Assembly (NCBI GenBank): GCA_000708835.1
Contig: DF237533.1
Location: 1 to 54,913, forward strand
DNA: 54,913 nucleotides
Source of the DNA: Klebsormidium nitens
Taxonomy: Eukaryota; Plantae; Klebsormidiophyceae
Reading direction: 5' to 3'
Each line of letters begins with the position of its first letter. Position 1 is the first letter of the stretch. The notes beneath the pieces are model-generated. The model was not told the DNA's origin. It did not search any database and was given only the letters and a program-made list of their open reading frames with translations. This document shows, piece by piece, positions 37,401 to 50,900 of this stretch. The position numbers and the translations under genes are program-made.

Positions 37401-39121
37401 AAGGGGCCCGAACTTGGTTCTCACCGACACGATCGGCGTTCTGCCCTTGTGCAGGTGCGTGCCCTCTCCGCTTGTGGGCGGGTTGATCTTGCGCGCGCTG
37501 AATCAAAGGGTCAGATCGCACCGGAGGAGCGGCGCAGGTTGGAGTTGACGGGGGAGGCGGCCGTGCGGCGCGCGCTCGAGCTGCTGACAGAGGTAAAGCT
37601 CACGAGTTCTTAGTCTTGCCTTGCTGGTCGGAAAGGAATTCATAATATGAACGGACGAGAATGGGAGGTAACGGGGTACGAGAGATTGTGTTCACTGAAA
37701 ACAGGATTAGGTGTCAAGAAAGACAGGGGAGGAGAATCGGTCTTGATAAAGGTGGAGAAGGGTGTTGATAGGGGACGACAATGTTATAATAAAAGGGCTT
37801 GAGGAAAGCTGTTCGCAGGGGAGGGGTCAAAGGAGAGAACTTAGAGCGGCTGAGATTTGAACTTTCTTTCTCTTCAATCCGCAGTACGGCCCCCTCATCC
37901 CGGGGCTCGAGAAGCCCCTCAAAGAGGTCGCCGTTCAGGAGAAGGTGCGCGTGCTTCTCGAAATGCTGCTCAGCGTCTGTCGACACAAGCGCGCGCACGC
38001 CCGTTACACAGAGGTAATTACGTCCTCTGATTCATTCCTTTTTCCTGGAATCCATTCTGGGGGTTCGAAAGCCGGTATTTAGGGTGCTCGAACGTTTTGC
38101 AGGCCGGCTTTTGGGAGTGAGACTGTTCGCTTTGAAAAGTTGTATCCAAACTGTTCAATTGAAGAAGCGGGTTCCAGCAGATTTAGGCGTTCTTTGGGAC
38201 GCTGGACTGAGGCCAGGCATATCATCTCCCTTTTCGCCTCCATGGGCTAACTATTCAAGCAAACGGTCCCGCTCTTCAAAGGATACAGCGTTCCGCAACC
38301 CAGTCCCCCATGAGCTATGCCCTTATGCCAGTCACTTTAAGAAAATTGATATTGAGTTTGATTTAAAGCTTCCGCATTTCTCTCTCCGCTGTGATCGCTT
38401 CTGCTACATTCGACCGGTTTTTCACCGTCATAGCTCTTAGAAAACGAACTCGAATCTTGGAACACATATGTGACTGGTCGACGGTTGTCCCCCAGGAACG
38501 CCGTTCCTTGTGATCGTGAGCGAAGCAATGCGTGCCAACTCTGTATCTACCTGCCTGTTGTAGATTGCGACTAAGAATGCCGAAAAGGTCTGGTACGTCC
38601 ATCGCCAAGCTGCATTTGGGAGCTCTTAGCGATCATTTGATACACCTTTTTACGACAAAATTGTTGCGCCAAACTCCTTACATTTCGGAATCAAGTTCTC
38701 GCTCTGGACCGTTAAGATGGCCCTTCCGAAGCAAGTGCGCAGTCGAGTCTGAGGACCGGTCTCTGATTTTGATGCGATTCAAAGGCGCGTTTTTTTGGCA
38801 TTCTGTAGAAGCAAATGTAATGGACGGAGAATTTGTAACGCAAGCGTTTCTGCGGAGTTGAGGAACAGTCCGCTTGCATCCGCAGTATTGCCCAATAGTA
38901 CAACTATTGTCACTCGCTCACGCTGGACCCAGTTAAGACACGACTATTAAATGGTCATGCAGGTTTTGGATCAAGAGATTGCTCAACTGTCGAGCAAACT
39001 GGAAGCTGTGAAGATGGCGATTGAGGAGGCACGGCAACTCGAGCGAAGGTTGAGCGACGCAACTCGGAAGCAGTTGGACGCGCCGACAGGTTGGAGGGCG
39101 TGGATGAAGCTCAAATTTTAA
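31439..39121 (+). CDS. TPR protein, kinesin light chain-like repeats (similar to the plant At5g37590 type)
   Basis: Exons 31439-32104, 32493-32597, 33100-33248, 33772-33880, 34421-34552, 35046-35215, 36105-36291, 36727-36867, 37455-37592, 37885-38013 and 38963-39121 are all phase-consistent. Sequence HTARWRIYTDTGRDLFSQ|GRLEEAE...FGEHDQHVASSYQNL|AELYR. The start codon is uncertain. Confidence 0.9.
34249..34467 (+). repeat. Intronic copy of near-start sequence of the 34421 exon
   Basis: 34249-34277 matches 34439-34467 at 28/29 and follows a TTCCTTTTCCTAG acceptor-like site. Confidence 0.85.
35189..35427 (+). repeat. Intronic copy of the exon end plus donor of the 35046-35215 exon
   Basis: 35348-35427 resembles 35189-35260, with 3 mismatches in the first 43 nt including GAG>TAG. 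Confidence 0.9.
35700..36220 (+). repeat. Acceptor plus exon start of the 36105 exon present three times
   Basis: Copies near 35711-35895 and 35941-36040 share AAAGGAGCTC...CAACGGCCC.AC.GTCGGCCGG.CGCTCG with 36101-36220. Confidence 0.9.
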
Positions 39122-41963
39122 GCATACGTACCCCTCTACAGTTGTGCACAATGGTGTTTTCAAGCCAGATCATATAGATCCTTCATCTGCATAAGCATAC
39201 ACGGGCTCGAAACCCTGTGCGCTAGACGAGAGAGCCTGACCACAAGCGAGTGAGAGTTTGCATTCAGGCAGTCATCCATGCGTGAGTCAAAATAAGTAGG
39301 GGCATACAGTATTACATACATCACATTATAAAGCCCGTACTGAAGCATGGGGCTTAATTGAGTACAAGGGGTTGGCATCAAATGCCATGATGCGCCCAAT
39401 CTGCATTCCCACGGTTTATGGTATGGTACCGTTGTGAGCGGCGGCTTCGACTTGGAGTGCATTTCGACACGTTTCAGAAAATGTCGAGGACGCTGATCGC
39501 GAACAGCGTTTGGACGGGGAGGAGAACGTCCGGGTTATCAAGGAAGGCGGGGCCGGCAGAACTTACGAAAACCAGGCGCGCGGAGATCGTTGGGCGGGGC
39601 GGGTGCTGGGCCTTTGAACAACACGCTGACGTCATCAGGAGAGCTGACGTCAGCGGCGAGCCCGTGCGAAAAGGCGGCCCAGCACACAATGGGAAGCATT
39701 AAAGTCAGGACAACGGTAGTGGCTACGAAAGTATCCGGAGAGGCGGCGCGGCCGCACGGGGCGCCAACAATGTGAGCGCCACGTCGAGTGGTGAGCAGAC
39801 CACTTCACCACTTTGTGGAGCTGGTTCTCTATTACACGTCTTGCCAAGCGTCGAACCCCAGAGAGCGGACAAATGGAAGCGTTTGTGGTTCTTTTTGCGA
39901 CCCTGCGCCCGTGGGCCGGTGGACTTGAGGTGCGGAGCATTGTGCACATTGTCTTGATCAAGCTTGAAGGGATTTACTTAAGGCCCTTGATTCTTAGCTC
40001 ACAGCCTCATTTAGGTGATTACATGTAACTAGTCACCAGTCGTTTTGTACACGTGGGCCCAGCATGGCGCGTGCATATATCTGAGATACATGCAACACCT
40101 TGAATGGGAGAGTTTGATCGCGTACGATGCAGAGTTAAGATACAAGCACAACCCGTAAAGGTTTGTGGCTTCAACGTCCCGCCGTTTTCCGTGGGCATGG
40201 CGGTCCCATGGCGGTCTTGACTACTAAGGAGTGACTTACGGACTTAATTACGGGTGAGTGACTTAGATTCACGAACTCCGACCAAACAAACTAACGAACC
40301 TGACCCCAGATGATCACCCGCTCTGCACCCGAACCCACCCTAACCACCATGCTGACCCCACCCGTCCCCCGGGCGCCTATCTAAAGTCATTCGGCTGTTA
40401 AGTCCCTCTTTAGTTACCAGAGTGTCTTGACTTGCTAGTATGAAATACCTAATTGAGCATCTTCAAAGCTTCAAGTTGGTGTCAAAGAGCGGCGCGGCCG
40501 AGGTGGCCCGCGCCGCATAGCAACCGCGGCCGCACGTACGCACGGTCAAGCAATGAACTCTAACCCTCGAGCTCGCGCACACCAAATTATGAGCATGTAG
40601 ACCTCTGGCTCAAGTCTAGTCAGGCAACGGTTATGATCAAACAAAGTTCCTGCTATATTTACCGATTTGCTGCTGTACGCGCGTTGCCGGTCCCGGCGCC
40701 GGTTTCCGCGCCGATACACTGGGAAATACTAAAAGCAGACGGTATCTAGAAACGTCTGCTTTACCGGCCTTTTACCGGTACTTTCCATGGTACGGTGTCT
40801 TTGGACACCCTATTTTGGACTAGGTACGTACGGAGTGTCGCTAGGTAAATTTCAAGTTTTTGAGACTTCATTTGAGTTGGTTTTCTTCTGCCAGCAGTGC
40901 TAGGCACTTTAATACAGCTGACATGCACTTGCGTTGTTGGAAAAGGCGGGAAGCTTTTGATTGCGAGCATCCATCAGATGATCAGAGACTCATGAGTTTG
41001 GCCCCGGAGCTGGCTGCAGCCTCAGGAACTCATCTGACCGCACTGCTCCAGCTCATGAGAGCTCCTAGAATTGATATAGTCAGCTCTTGAATTGACGCAT
41101 TGCGCCCTTACCTCATCAAGCGAGCTGGCTAGAAATTGCAAGCCAATCTTGATGTGCCCCCTAAGCAGAGGCTCGCTCAAGACTTTGACACCCAACTCAA
41201 GCAAGTCTCAATAGGTTGTTGCGCAACTAGGAGATAGCTGACGGGAAGGCATTTTCCATATGAAATGAGTTGGCGCTCAGAGCTGGTTATAGCATCCGCG
41301 TCGGCACTGCCCAAGCTCCTTAAGATCACCTTTCATCTTCCACTAGGACCTCAAAATCGAGGGCTGGGCAAACACTGATCCAAGGGCACAAGTTCAAGTA
41401 CTTAGCAGGTGACCAGCGCTTTTCATTAACCAGACACCTACTTTACGAAAATTGGTAGCAGATACGGCTCTTGTTCAATCTGCATATACAGAACAGGTTT
41501 CAGCTGCTCTGCTCCACGTGCCATTGTACAAGTAGTTGAACATTTTCTGGTCCCCGCGCTTTAAAAGGCACAAGCAAGATCTGTCTAGTATTTCTGAGGA
41601 TAGTCTCCTGGGGCTTTTATGAGCGTTCCGTGCAACTTCGTTCCTGGAAGTCCACACTTGAAGGCAGTTAGCGACAGCTCACTGGCACACAAGCAGACGC
41701 GCTAAAGGTATTACGAGCCGAAACTACTGGTGCTGCTGATGTCATCAGATGCTGGCATTCCAAAGAACCTCTCGCAAAAACCACGCAATTTCTTGTTGGT
41801 AGTGCTCTGCGGTAAAACTTTGTAATCGAGATTCTTCATGCCAATCCGGTACAGCATTCAACCAGCAACAAGCAGCATTGGGTCTGCGCAGCTCAAATCT
41901 GCTCCACTCCGTCCACTCTGTCTTTGACAGCCACCCTCCTTTTCCTGGGGCACACCTCTCACA

Positions 41964-44900
41964 ATGGCAATTCCTCAAGCACTGGTAAGTCCATGATTGC
42001 AAAGGCGCCATCAATTTCATCCATTTTTCAAGATCGCAGGTCTTCCATTGTTCAGCTTCTCCTCCTTGCTTGCACAGCCTTGCTCTCATGACTCGTACAT
42101 CCACTTTCAATCTTCTACTCTGTTACTTGTTGTTGTCCGCGCAATTGTTGTACGGGGCAAGTCTCTGCTGTTTGCAAGTAACTCATCAACAAAGCACGGC
42201 ACTGTTGCTGATGCCTAGCAAAACCAGCATCCACAACCACTGCCACATGTCGCATGCAGACGTTCGACTCTGTGTACGGGCACTCATGGGAGCTTCCGGG
42301 AGGAGTGGTCTCTCTTACCACTGAGAGCCGAGATGCAGTCTGCTATGCGGCCGGACATACCGCAGTCATCTACGAAAAGGCGACTGGGCAACAAGTGAGG
42401 GATCAACCACGCTTGATGTAATGATTGGAAATGTCATGTCACCACTTATTAGAGTCTTTCAATGGAGATGTTGTAGGCATCTCTGATTCAAGACTGGCAG
42501 GGAATATCTGAGAAGCGCCACTTCGCTTTCAGGTGTTGCAAGAAGTGCCTTGTTCCAGTAGCATGCTCACAAACGAAATAGCACCGACACAGTGATAGGC
42601 TTTCTTTGTCTATACCTTAAACTGTGCGTTCAAGAGTGTGGTACACCGACAGAGCCGGAACCCTTACTTATGAGCCTCTGTTTACCTCCTTTGCTTGTCA
42701 TAGCCGCACTCGTTTACATTCTTTGATGAAGCTTCAAGAATGCTCGTACCAGATATTCTGGATCGGGAAACTTCTCAACTGCCGCACCGACAACGGAATC
42801 CATCTGAACTATAATAAGTCAGGGGCTGAGATTCCTGTATGAAGATTTCGAATCATATTTGAAGCGTACTCCTAACCAAAGACTTAAAAACCTGCAAGTA
42901 AAATTAAGACTTAAGGTCAACGATGAAAATGAAAGAACGAACGAGATTGTTTGTGATTCACAAAAAATGCTTATTATTCCCTTGGCGGTGCCGTAACTCC
43001 CGGCACCTTTTTCCACAGATCCCGCTCCAAGGCCACCGTCACGCGCTCCGCAGCCTGGCCGTCAGCCCCGACAAGCTGACGCTTGCCACTGCTGACGTCG
43101 GCGACACGTCACTGCTTGTGCTCTGGGATGCGCTCACCGGCAAGCCTCTCTGGACAGCGTCGCAGGAGCGAACCGGGGGCATCGTGGCTATGGACTTTTC
43201 TGCGGACGCCCGATTTCTGGCTACCCTCTCAAACACCGGAGAGAGAGGAAAGTGAAGTTTGCGTTTTATTAATGGTACGCTTGGAGGAGTACTGACGCAC
43301 GGAGCTGCTCGTATTCAACCAGCACTGGGAATGGGAATGCTTTGAGAGAGAACTCCACTCCCCCATTTCAAGGAACTTGCGATACTGGGAGCGTCTCTTG
43401 ATGTTGAGATTCGCTACGGCCGAGATGACGGTCCAGTGAATTTCAGATGCAAAAGCGCAATCAATTGATCCCCTTTCTGCATCACATACAACGATCAATT
43501 TGGAGTTGGGGCGACGCAGGATTCTCGAGCAGAATGTTCTGCCGACTGTAGGACAGTGCCAGGTGCTCATCCCTCCGTCCTGAAGAATCTCCTGTGTCCC
43601 TAGGCCCTTCGCTACCAAGTCTCTCACACTGTCCCCTGCCACGTGTCCTCCAAGCAGCCGCTGACGTCAGCCAGGAGGTCAGCATCTGGGACCTGCAGTC
43701 CCCCGAGGAGGGCCCCATTCTCATCACCCCCGTGGCCGACGGGTCGCTGCTGACGAGCCTCCGCTTCAACCCCGAGAGTCACCGGGAGCTCGTCAGCACG
43801 GGGGCTGACCGGGTCCTGTTTTGGCAGCGCGTGGTGAGCCGTCCGAAAGACTGACCTTCGGCACTACTAGATCTTGACATCTCGGAGCTCCGACCTGTTT
43901 TGTGTGAGGTTTTGGAGACGCTCCGCTTTAGTTCGGTGTGCCAGTCCGCATGACTCCACACAGGGAGGTTTTTAAGGCCTGATTATCCACAGCAACGGCA
44001 GTAGTATGGTTCTGAGACTTCGACTTCACACGAACGCTTGCGGGCGCCAAGAGTCATCACAAAGTGGTCACTCTCGGCGCCTGACGAAGTCCCTCTTCCA
44101 GGGCGTCTGTACTTGTCTTTTCGCCGAAGGTTTGAGCTCTAAGCTGGTGAACGCCGCAATTGATGTTAAGTCTCAACATTTTATAACTTCCTTTCTGATT
44201 CAAAGCACTCCAACCCCAATCATGGCACTCGACCTATATGCAGCCTGCTCAGTGTTACAATCACTATTTATGTCTCGTAGCTCGTAGGTCGTAGCTCTAG
44301 CCCAGATTTCGAGATACTTGCTCATTGTTGAAACTCCTGTAGGTCGCAAGGAGTTACCCAGAATGAAGTTCCTGAATCCTCTCCAACGATTGAGTTGGTT
44401 CTTGCAAAGAGGTTAAGCCACACATTCGGCAGCTGAACGCTCGCGGTCGGGTTAAGTAACGAAGTTATTCAACCCCCAGGTGCACGAGGACACCTCGGAG
44501 AGCCTGCAACCCGTCCGGCCTCTAGGCAGCATCGGGGCCCTGAAACCGAGTTCGGTTAGCTTAACCGTGTCCGTCTTCGTACCTGGCACAACAACCGTGG
44601 TGACCGGCACCTCCGACGGCGGCCTGCTCGTATGGGAAGAAGAGCGGTGAGTTTTCGCCAGCGACTTTCTTCTTTTCAAGCTTGGATTCAACTTCGTCAG
44701 ATGAAAATGGCATACTGGTTATCCTCTGTACCACAATGTTAGAGAATAGCTCGATTGTTGAATGGGTAAGAAATGGAAGTAGTACGAAATGCTGCAACTC
44801 AGTTGACTGCCGCTCTTCTTCGGCATGGGGATGACTCGTTCAAACGGTCCCGCTTGGGCATGGAGACTTTTCAGACGTTGCTGGTATACATTCTCGATCG

Positions 44901-47900
44901 CTAGCTCAGCTGTGAACCAAGCGTCCTGCGTAAAAACTCAACCAAACGGTCACGCTTTGAATCTTAGACTCCTCTTGACGTCGCTGAGAAACATTCCCGA
45001 TCGACAGCTCAACCTGACAACCACCCGTCCAGCATAACACGAAAGAGAGAGCTGGAAAAGACACAGCCCACAAAGGAGAAAACCAATCAAATGATTTCCG
45101 CTTCTCCCCTTCAGGACCGAAGCCGCCCGCGACTCGCCCCTCATCGAGCGCCGCGCCGTAAAGAACCTGCGTATTCACACCGCGGCCATCACCGCGCTCG
45201 CGGCCGCGGGCGCGCACGTCGTGAGCGGGGGCGCCGACGGCTACGTGCGCTTCTTCGACGCGCGGCTGCGGCTCGTCGCGTGGTTCGAGGACATGGACGC
45301 GGGTGGGTGGGAATGCGCTCTCACGCTGACGTCATCTTGCTCTACTACGTCAGCAGGTTCTGTTGTTGAGAGCCGGGAAGTCCGGTTTGGAGCTTTGAGT
45401 CGGCCTTGTGGTGATCTTGGCAGTAAGAGCCTGTCGTTTGCTTGAATCAACTTTTCATGTCACTCCACAGAATGAAAAAGACGTCAATATTTTTGAGCCA
45501 TTGCCTTCTATCAGTCTGTCAGGTGACTCAACGAAACGGAAAAACGCCTCAGGTGAGGTCGGACATGCTTTGGCAAGAAAAAACCGTTTTGGAAGCTCTG
45601 GTTCAGATCCATGCACTCCTTAATGACCTCTCAAGCATGATTCCTGACTCTCTGCAGGCGGGATCACATCGCTCTCCTTCGCGACCGCCGGTTCCGTTCC
45701 GCTGAGCGACGCTGCCTTTTACGCTCCGGACTTTGTAGTCGGCACGACGAACGCCAAGATCGTCTCCATGGAAACAGCGTCCTTCGACGACGATCCCAAG
45801 TCCTCGCGACGAGCGGTGAGCTTTGAGGTCTTCCGTCGAAAGCATTCAGTCTGCTAAAAGTGTGTCACACGGCTTTCGTTTCCAGGCATCTGTTATTTGC
45901 GTTCTGCATTTCCCATGTCTGCTTCTGTTTATTAAGTTGATTAAGGACAGGAAGATTGACCCAATTGACAAGATGGATCCCTTTTCTGGATTCATCTGGA
46001 AGGTGGGTTTGCAGACTGTGTCACGAGGTAACATCAGACCAGTTCTAAACGACCCTTGCCCGAGGGGCCCTTAATGACCTATGTCTGCGTCTTCCCATCA
46101 TTCTCCCCGTTCCTCTTCCCTCGCTCACTACTCCCTGTTCGTATCCCGCCCTAGGGATCCGACTCGGGCCGTCCAGATCTAGTCGGAGGCGCCAAGAGAC
46201 ATGCATGCCGGTATTAACTATGTGACCCGGTTTCCTGACGCGTCCCTTGACCCCAACCCTCCAGGGCGAGGTGATTCTGGCCGGAAACAGCCAGGCGGTC
46301 GCAGCGAATAACGCCCAACCTAATCAAAAGCTACCTTACTACGTTTTCCATCAAACATCAGCTAACCTCTCTGTCCCTTAAATTTAATGTCCCCTTCAGG
46401 GCGAGGTGATCTTGGCCGGCAACAGCTAGGCGGTAGCGCCCAGAACCGCGCACCGGTCTGAAAGCCTACCCTAACCTTTGTTTCTGCACACAGATCTGCT
46501 AAAACTCGTGTCTTAACCCGTTCCTTAACCCTAATTCCTCGTCCAGGGCCAGATGATATTGGCCGGCAACAGCCAGGCGGTGGCGGCCATAAGCGCGCAC
46601 CCCGGCCAGCCGCACGTGACGCTCATAGGCGATGCGGGCCTGCAACAGGTGTACGATTACGCCCCGCAAACGCTGCTACTCGAGAAGAAGCACGCCGGAC
46701 AGCAGGTGCGCCGGACGGTCCGACACGTGTCCAAATCCAGCCACAGGTTATCTTTACAGTTTTGTCAGGAAGGGCGAATTTTAAACTTTCTCCTTTTACT
46801 GAAAGCTTCAAAATGGATCGCACCTTGACGATGCAATCACTGGTCTCCGGATAATGCTCCACGCCGGAATGCAGGTGCGCCGGACAGTTCGAAATTGGTG
46901 CACATTCATGAGCTACATTTTGTGTGCAACGGTCTTCAAAAGTTGACTTGACCAGCATTGTTGATATGTTTCACCGTTCGAAAGGAGGTGAAAGTATCGC
47001 GCTTCAGACGCTCATATCTTTCGGACGTTGCTTCGAAGCGAGCTCCAGGATTTCTGAAGTTGGCTGACGCTGGAAAGTCCGGAAGAAAGAATATAGGTGA
47101 ATTCGTCCCACAGCTACCCGGATAGAAAGACAATCTCAAAACCGCGAGCTACCGTACGAAGCCCACGTTCCGCCTTGTGGAAACAAGTTTCTGAGTGATG
47201 TTAATCAGGACTCAAGACGGAGAAGTATGAGATATCACTGAAACTGATATGAGGGTCACAATGTTCGTTGAGGATCGCGAGAAAGTAACTCAGCGTCGTT
47301 CTCTCCAGGGTTGCGCGATCTGCTACTCTCCAAACGGGACTCTTATTGCGGTGGGCTTCGGAAACGGCGCGATCCAAGTAAGCCTCACGGTTGATCTGTT
47401 CTTGTGAGTTTTGACTTGCAGAGCGAGGGTTGATCTTTGGATCATACGATGTCTCTTGCGTCGTCTCATCCATCGGCCTCACGCTATCGAGATAGATTCT
47501 GACACGACGTAGGATGTAGGGACGTCTTTTCATGGGTCAGAATAGCTTCTTCCGTTCGTTTCCCGGCTGCTTTGTTGAGACGGACACTCCCGTCATTTGA
47601 GTGCAGCATGCAAGTTTCTCACCTTGACCTGCTGAATTGTTTCCTCAAACCATATCACGGTGAGATGCGGTTTGAAATCAATTTCGAAACTCGGTTGTCC
47701 TGGAAAACTTAAAGCACGATCCATCTGAAAGGTTGGAGTCTTACTCAGATATCATTGGATTTGGTTGCTCTACAGATTCAAAACAGCGCGACCCTCGACG
47801 AGCTGTTCACGTTCCGCACCACCCTTTCCGCCTTGACCCACCTCACCTTCGCCCCGACCGGAACGGCACTGGCCGCAGCGGATACGTCATTCGCCGTCAG

Positions 47901-50900
47901 CCTCATCACCTTTGGACACGGCAAGGTGGGAAGCTCCTGCGGTCTTCATCAGCTTCTAGATATATTCCTCAGAAAGTTCTGCAAAGTTCCAACCGGAGAA
48001 CAGGTGATGGAAGACGTTCTATCCGCCAGGAGTGGGTGAAAAGCAGAGCATACCACGACTGTTGAGGTCCCCTGGTACCGAGCTACTGACTCATCGGACC
48101 CACATCGTTTTCCGGGGTTTCTTAGGAGAGCCGCGAGAATGGGGTTCTCTCTGAACGACGAGGTTTCAAAGACGATGCTTCAAACAAACTGATTCGCGTT
48201 TGCTGCGTGTCCGAGGATTTGTCGCTCCTCCAATCATCCTCTTTAAGCGTAAAGTCCAAATCGCGGACGACAGTTGGAGACTGCGTGACGCTGACGGCAT
48301 GCGCTCATCCTCCCTCCAGGCCGGCGACAAGTGGGAGGCGGTCGGGAAGGTGCGCGCGCACAACGATGTCGTAACCGGCCTGCGCTTCGGCGCGCGCGCG
48401 GGCGCGCAGCCTTGCCTGACGTCATGCGCGGAGGACGGTAACATCGTGACGTACGATTTGGAGGGTGCGGCTCCAGGGGAGGGGCTCCACATCAAGAGCG
48501 TTACAGCGATCACTTCCCCGGGGCTTCCTACCGGGCTGGCATCTCTCGAGGGCAGTCAAGAAACGGTGAGTTCCAGAGACGTACTGGGGTTACTTTGGGC
48601 TCGCCACAGGAAATTATTTCTTTGGGACTGCCAATCTGGAGAAAGGCTCGGCGAAAGTTTGCTTCGAATATTTTAGCTGAATGGCGGCTGATTGTTTCAT
48701 TTAGAGGATGTTGTGTTCTGGTAATGCAGTGCGGATCACCGTTACTCGTTCATGTCAGAGAGCAGTTTCCTTGTCGGTGAGATGAGAATTGCCTGGGCCT
48801 TGGCGAAACGGCTCCCGTCTGTTGGAAAGGTCAGCCATCAAAACTTGCAGTTTAGTCACGAAGAGTCGTCCGTGTTCTGGGTGTGAAAACCTGCGAAGAT
48901 TTTTGCATTCAGCCGCCTGCGAAAGCTTCGGCACTCAAAGTTTCTGACAGACAGACTTAACTGTAACATTTAGGTGCGCCGTCAGCATCTTTTCCCCGAC
49001 TTCATCTATCTTGGTTCTCCGTAGGCGGAGTTCCTCATCAGCGACGATGCTTGCAAGCTCAAGGCCACCGACGTCAGCGACACCGCCACGTGTCGGATGA
49101 CGTGGGCAGCGCCCGCGTTTGGCGCGCCGATCCACAAGCTGGTGCCCTTCACCAGCTGTCAAAACGACCAGGTAAGATCTGAAAGGGCCTCAAAGAGGAA
49201 ATCTGCTCTATTAGGAAGGCGAATCGTTGGACGAGAATACGAAGAGGACCTTTGCTCTATCTAGAAGGTGATTTGTTGGAGGAAGGAGAGGAGAGAAAGC
49301 GAAAAGAGATGCTTGTTGCGATTGTAGTGGAAATAGGAAAATAGTTTCAGGCCTATTCAAGGGGTGTTTCTTGGCGAAGAGAAAGCGGATGGGGTATTGT
49401 CCAGGAGGTAAGCGCCGCACACCTCATCGAGTTTGCTGGCAAAAAGAGGCTCCCAAACAAGCAGTGTGAACGTTTGTGACTCGTGCCTAGCGCTTACTTT
49501 CTATGGGCTTTAAGGAAACGCCAAACTTCCAAACCCACGACCCAAAAGAACACGAAGCCGGTTTCAGAAGTCTTACAACCTGTTTCCTCTCGCAGCAATA
49601 CCTAGCTTATGCCACGAAAGAGCGCGTCGCGGGGTTGATCAAGCTGCCTCTGACCGGGGATCCAAACCGGACGATGGGTCTCCTGGCGCAGCCCGGAAAC
49701 GTTTCGTGCCTAGCGGTCGGGTTTGATGGGGAGACGCTGGTAACCGCGAGCGGCAACGACGGGTGAGGACGAGCTGATGACGTCAAGCTGACGGCATTCA
49801 ATGAAAGAAGCTCACGTAGTTGAGCTTGTCCTTCACCAGACTTTTCAAAGGTGTTCATATGCTTTCAATCCTGCACGAGATTTCTAGGACCTCGAGGAGC
49901 AACGGCGTTGTCTCGTTTTACCTTCGAGGCAGCCTTGCAAAGTTGTCATCGTGCTGCTTTGACCAATTTTCTCCGCATTTTTCGCTCTTGCAGAAATGTT
50001 TGATGCACTCTTGTTGTGGCAGACCTGACTTGTGAAGGTCTACTCTTCTGGTTTTGTAATCTCCAGGGCCTCAGAACTCATCAAGGAGCACAACAAGAAT
50101 GTTAAGCTTCCCGATTGTAAATCGACTGAAAAATCAGTTCCCTTGGAATCAAAGTGCCAAAAGTCGAAGCGTAGCTCGAAGCTCGAAGCTCGAAGCTCAA
50201 AGTTTCAAACTAAGAGCCAGGGGTGAACATGTTCTATCATCGCGTGCAGCATTCTGACATTCTGGAGGGTCGACGCCTCCGCTCTCGACGCGCAAGCCGA
50301 AACCTCCGCGGGCCTGGACGCGGCCGCGCGGCTCGAGGGCGGCCGCGAGGGCGCGGCCCACCGCGAAGCGCGGGACTTCTTCACGTGCTGTCAGATTAGG
50401 AGCCAGGTGCGCGCGCGCGTTCCACTCCCTTCTTCTTCTCGCGATACTTCTTCTGGCGAAAGCCGTGCACTTGACCGCGAGCTTGGAAACTGCGGAACTG
50501 TCAGTACACCGTGCATCCTAGGGACAGCGTCTCGTCTTTCTGGCTCTTAATGAATGCGCCTTCAGCGAGTCGAAGCACCGCCAAAGCACCAGCGCCTAGG
50601 TGCAGCAGTCCGGCTCCCTAGCTCTTACATCGCGACTTCCACGAGTCAAAGTGTGAGATCCCTGAGCATATTAATCTGGTTTTTTGACTTTTACTTTACG
50701 AGTCTGACGAATTGGCAGACGGTTACTGGTGACGTTTTGGAAGCAGCCCGCAGGCTATTGTACAGCCGGCGAAACACATGTGAGCCGATAGCCGATTGTA
50801 AAGTTTCTTTGATCGCGTGTCGAGCATCAACCGGCCCAAGTTCCTTGACCGGCCTAAACAATCTTGACGCGGCCAAGCCTACGATTAGTCGAAATGACAG

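Noticed and set aside
37593-37884. Apparent phase mismatch in the TPR gene
   Set aside because: Miscount of a C run; the exon 37885-38013 is 129 nt and phase 0.
41745-42110. Trp/Cys-rich 121-aa minus ORF
   Set aside because: Overlaps CFAP251 exon 1 and its 5' region antisense, has no recognisable domain, and has no supporting exon chain.
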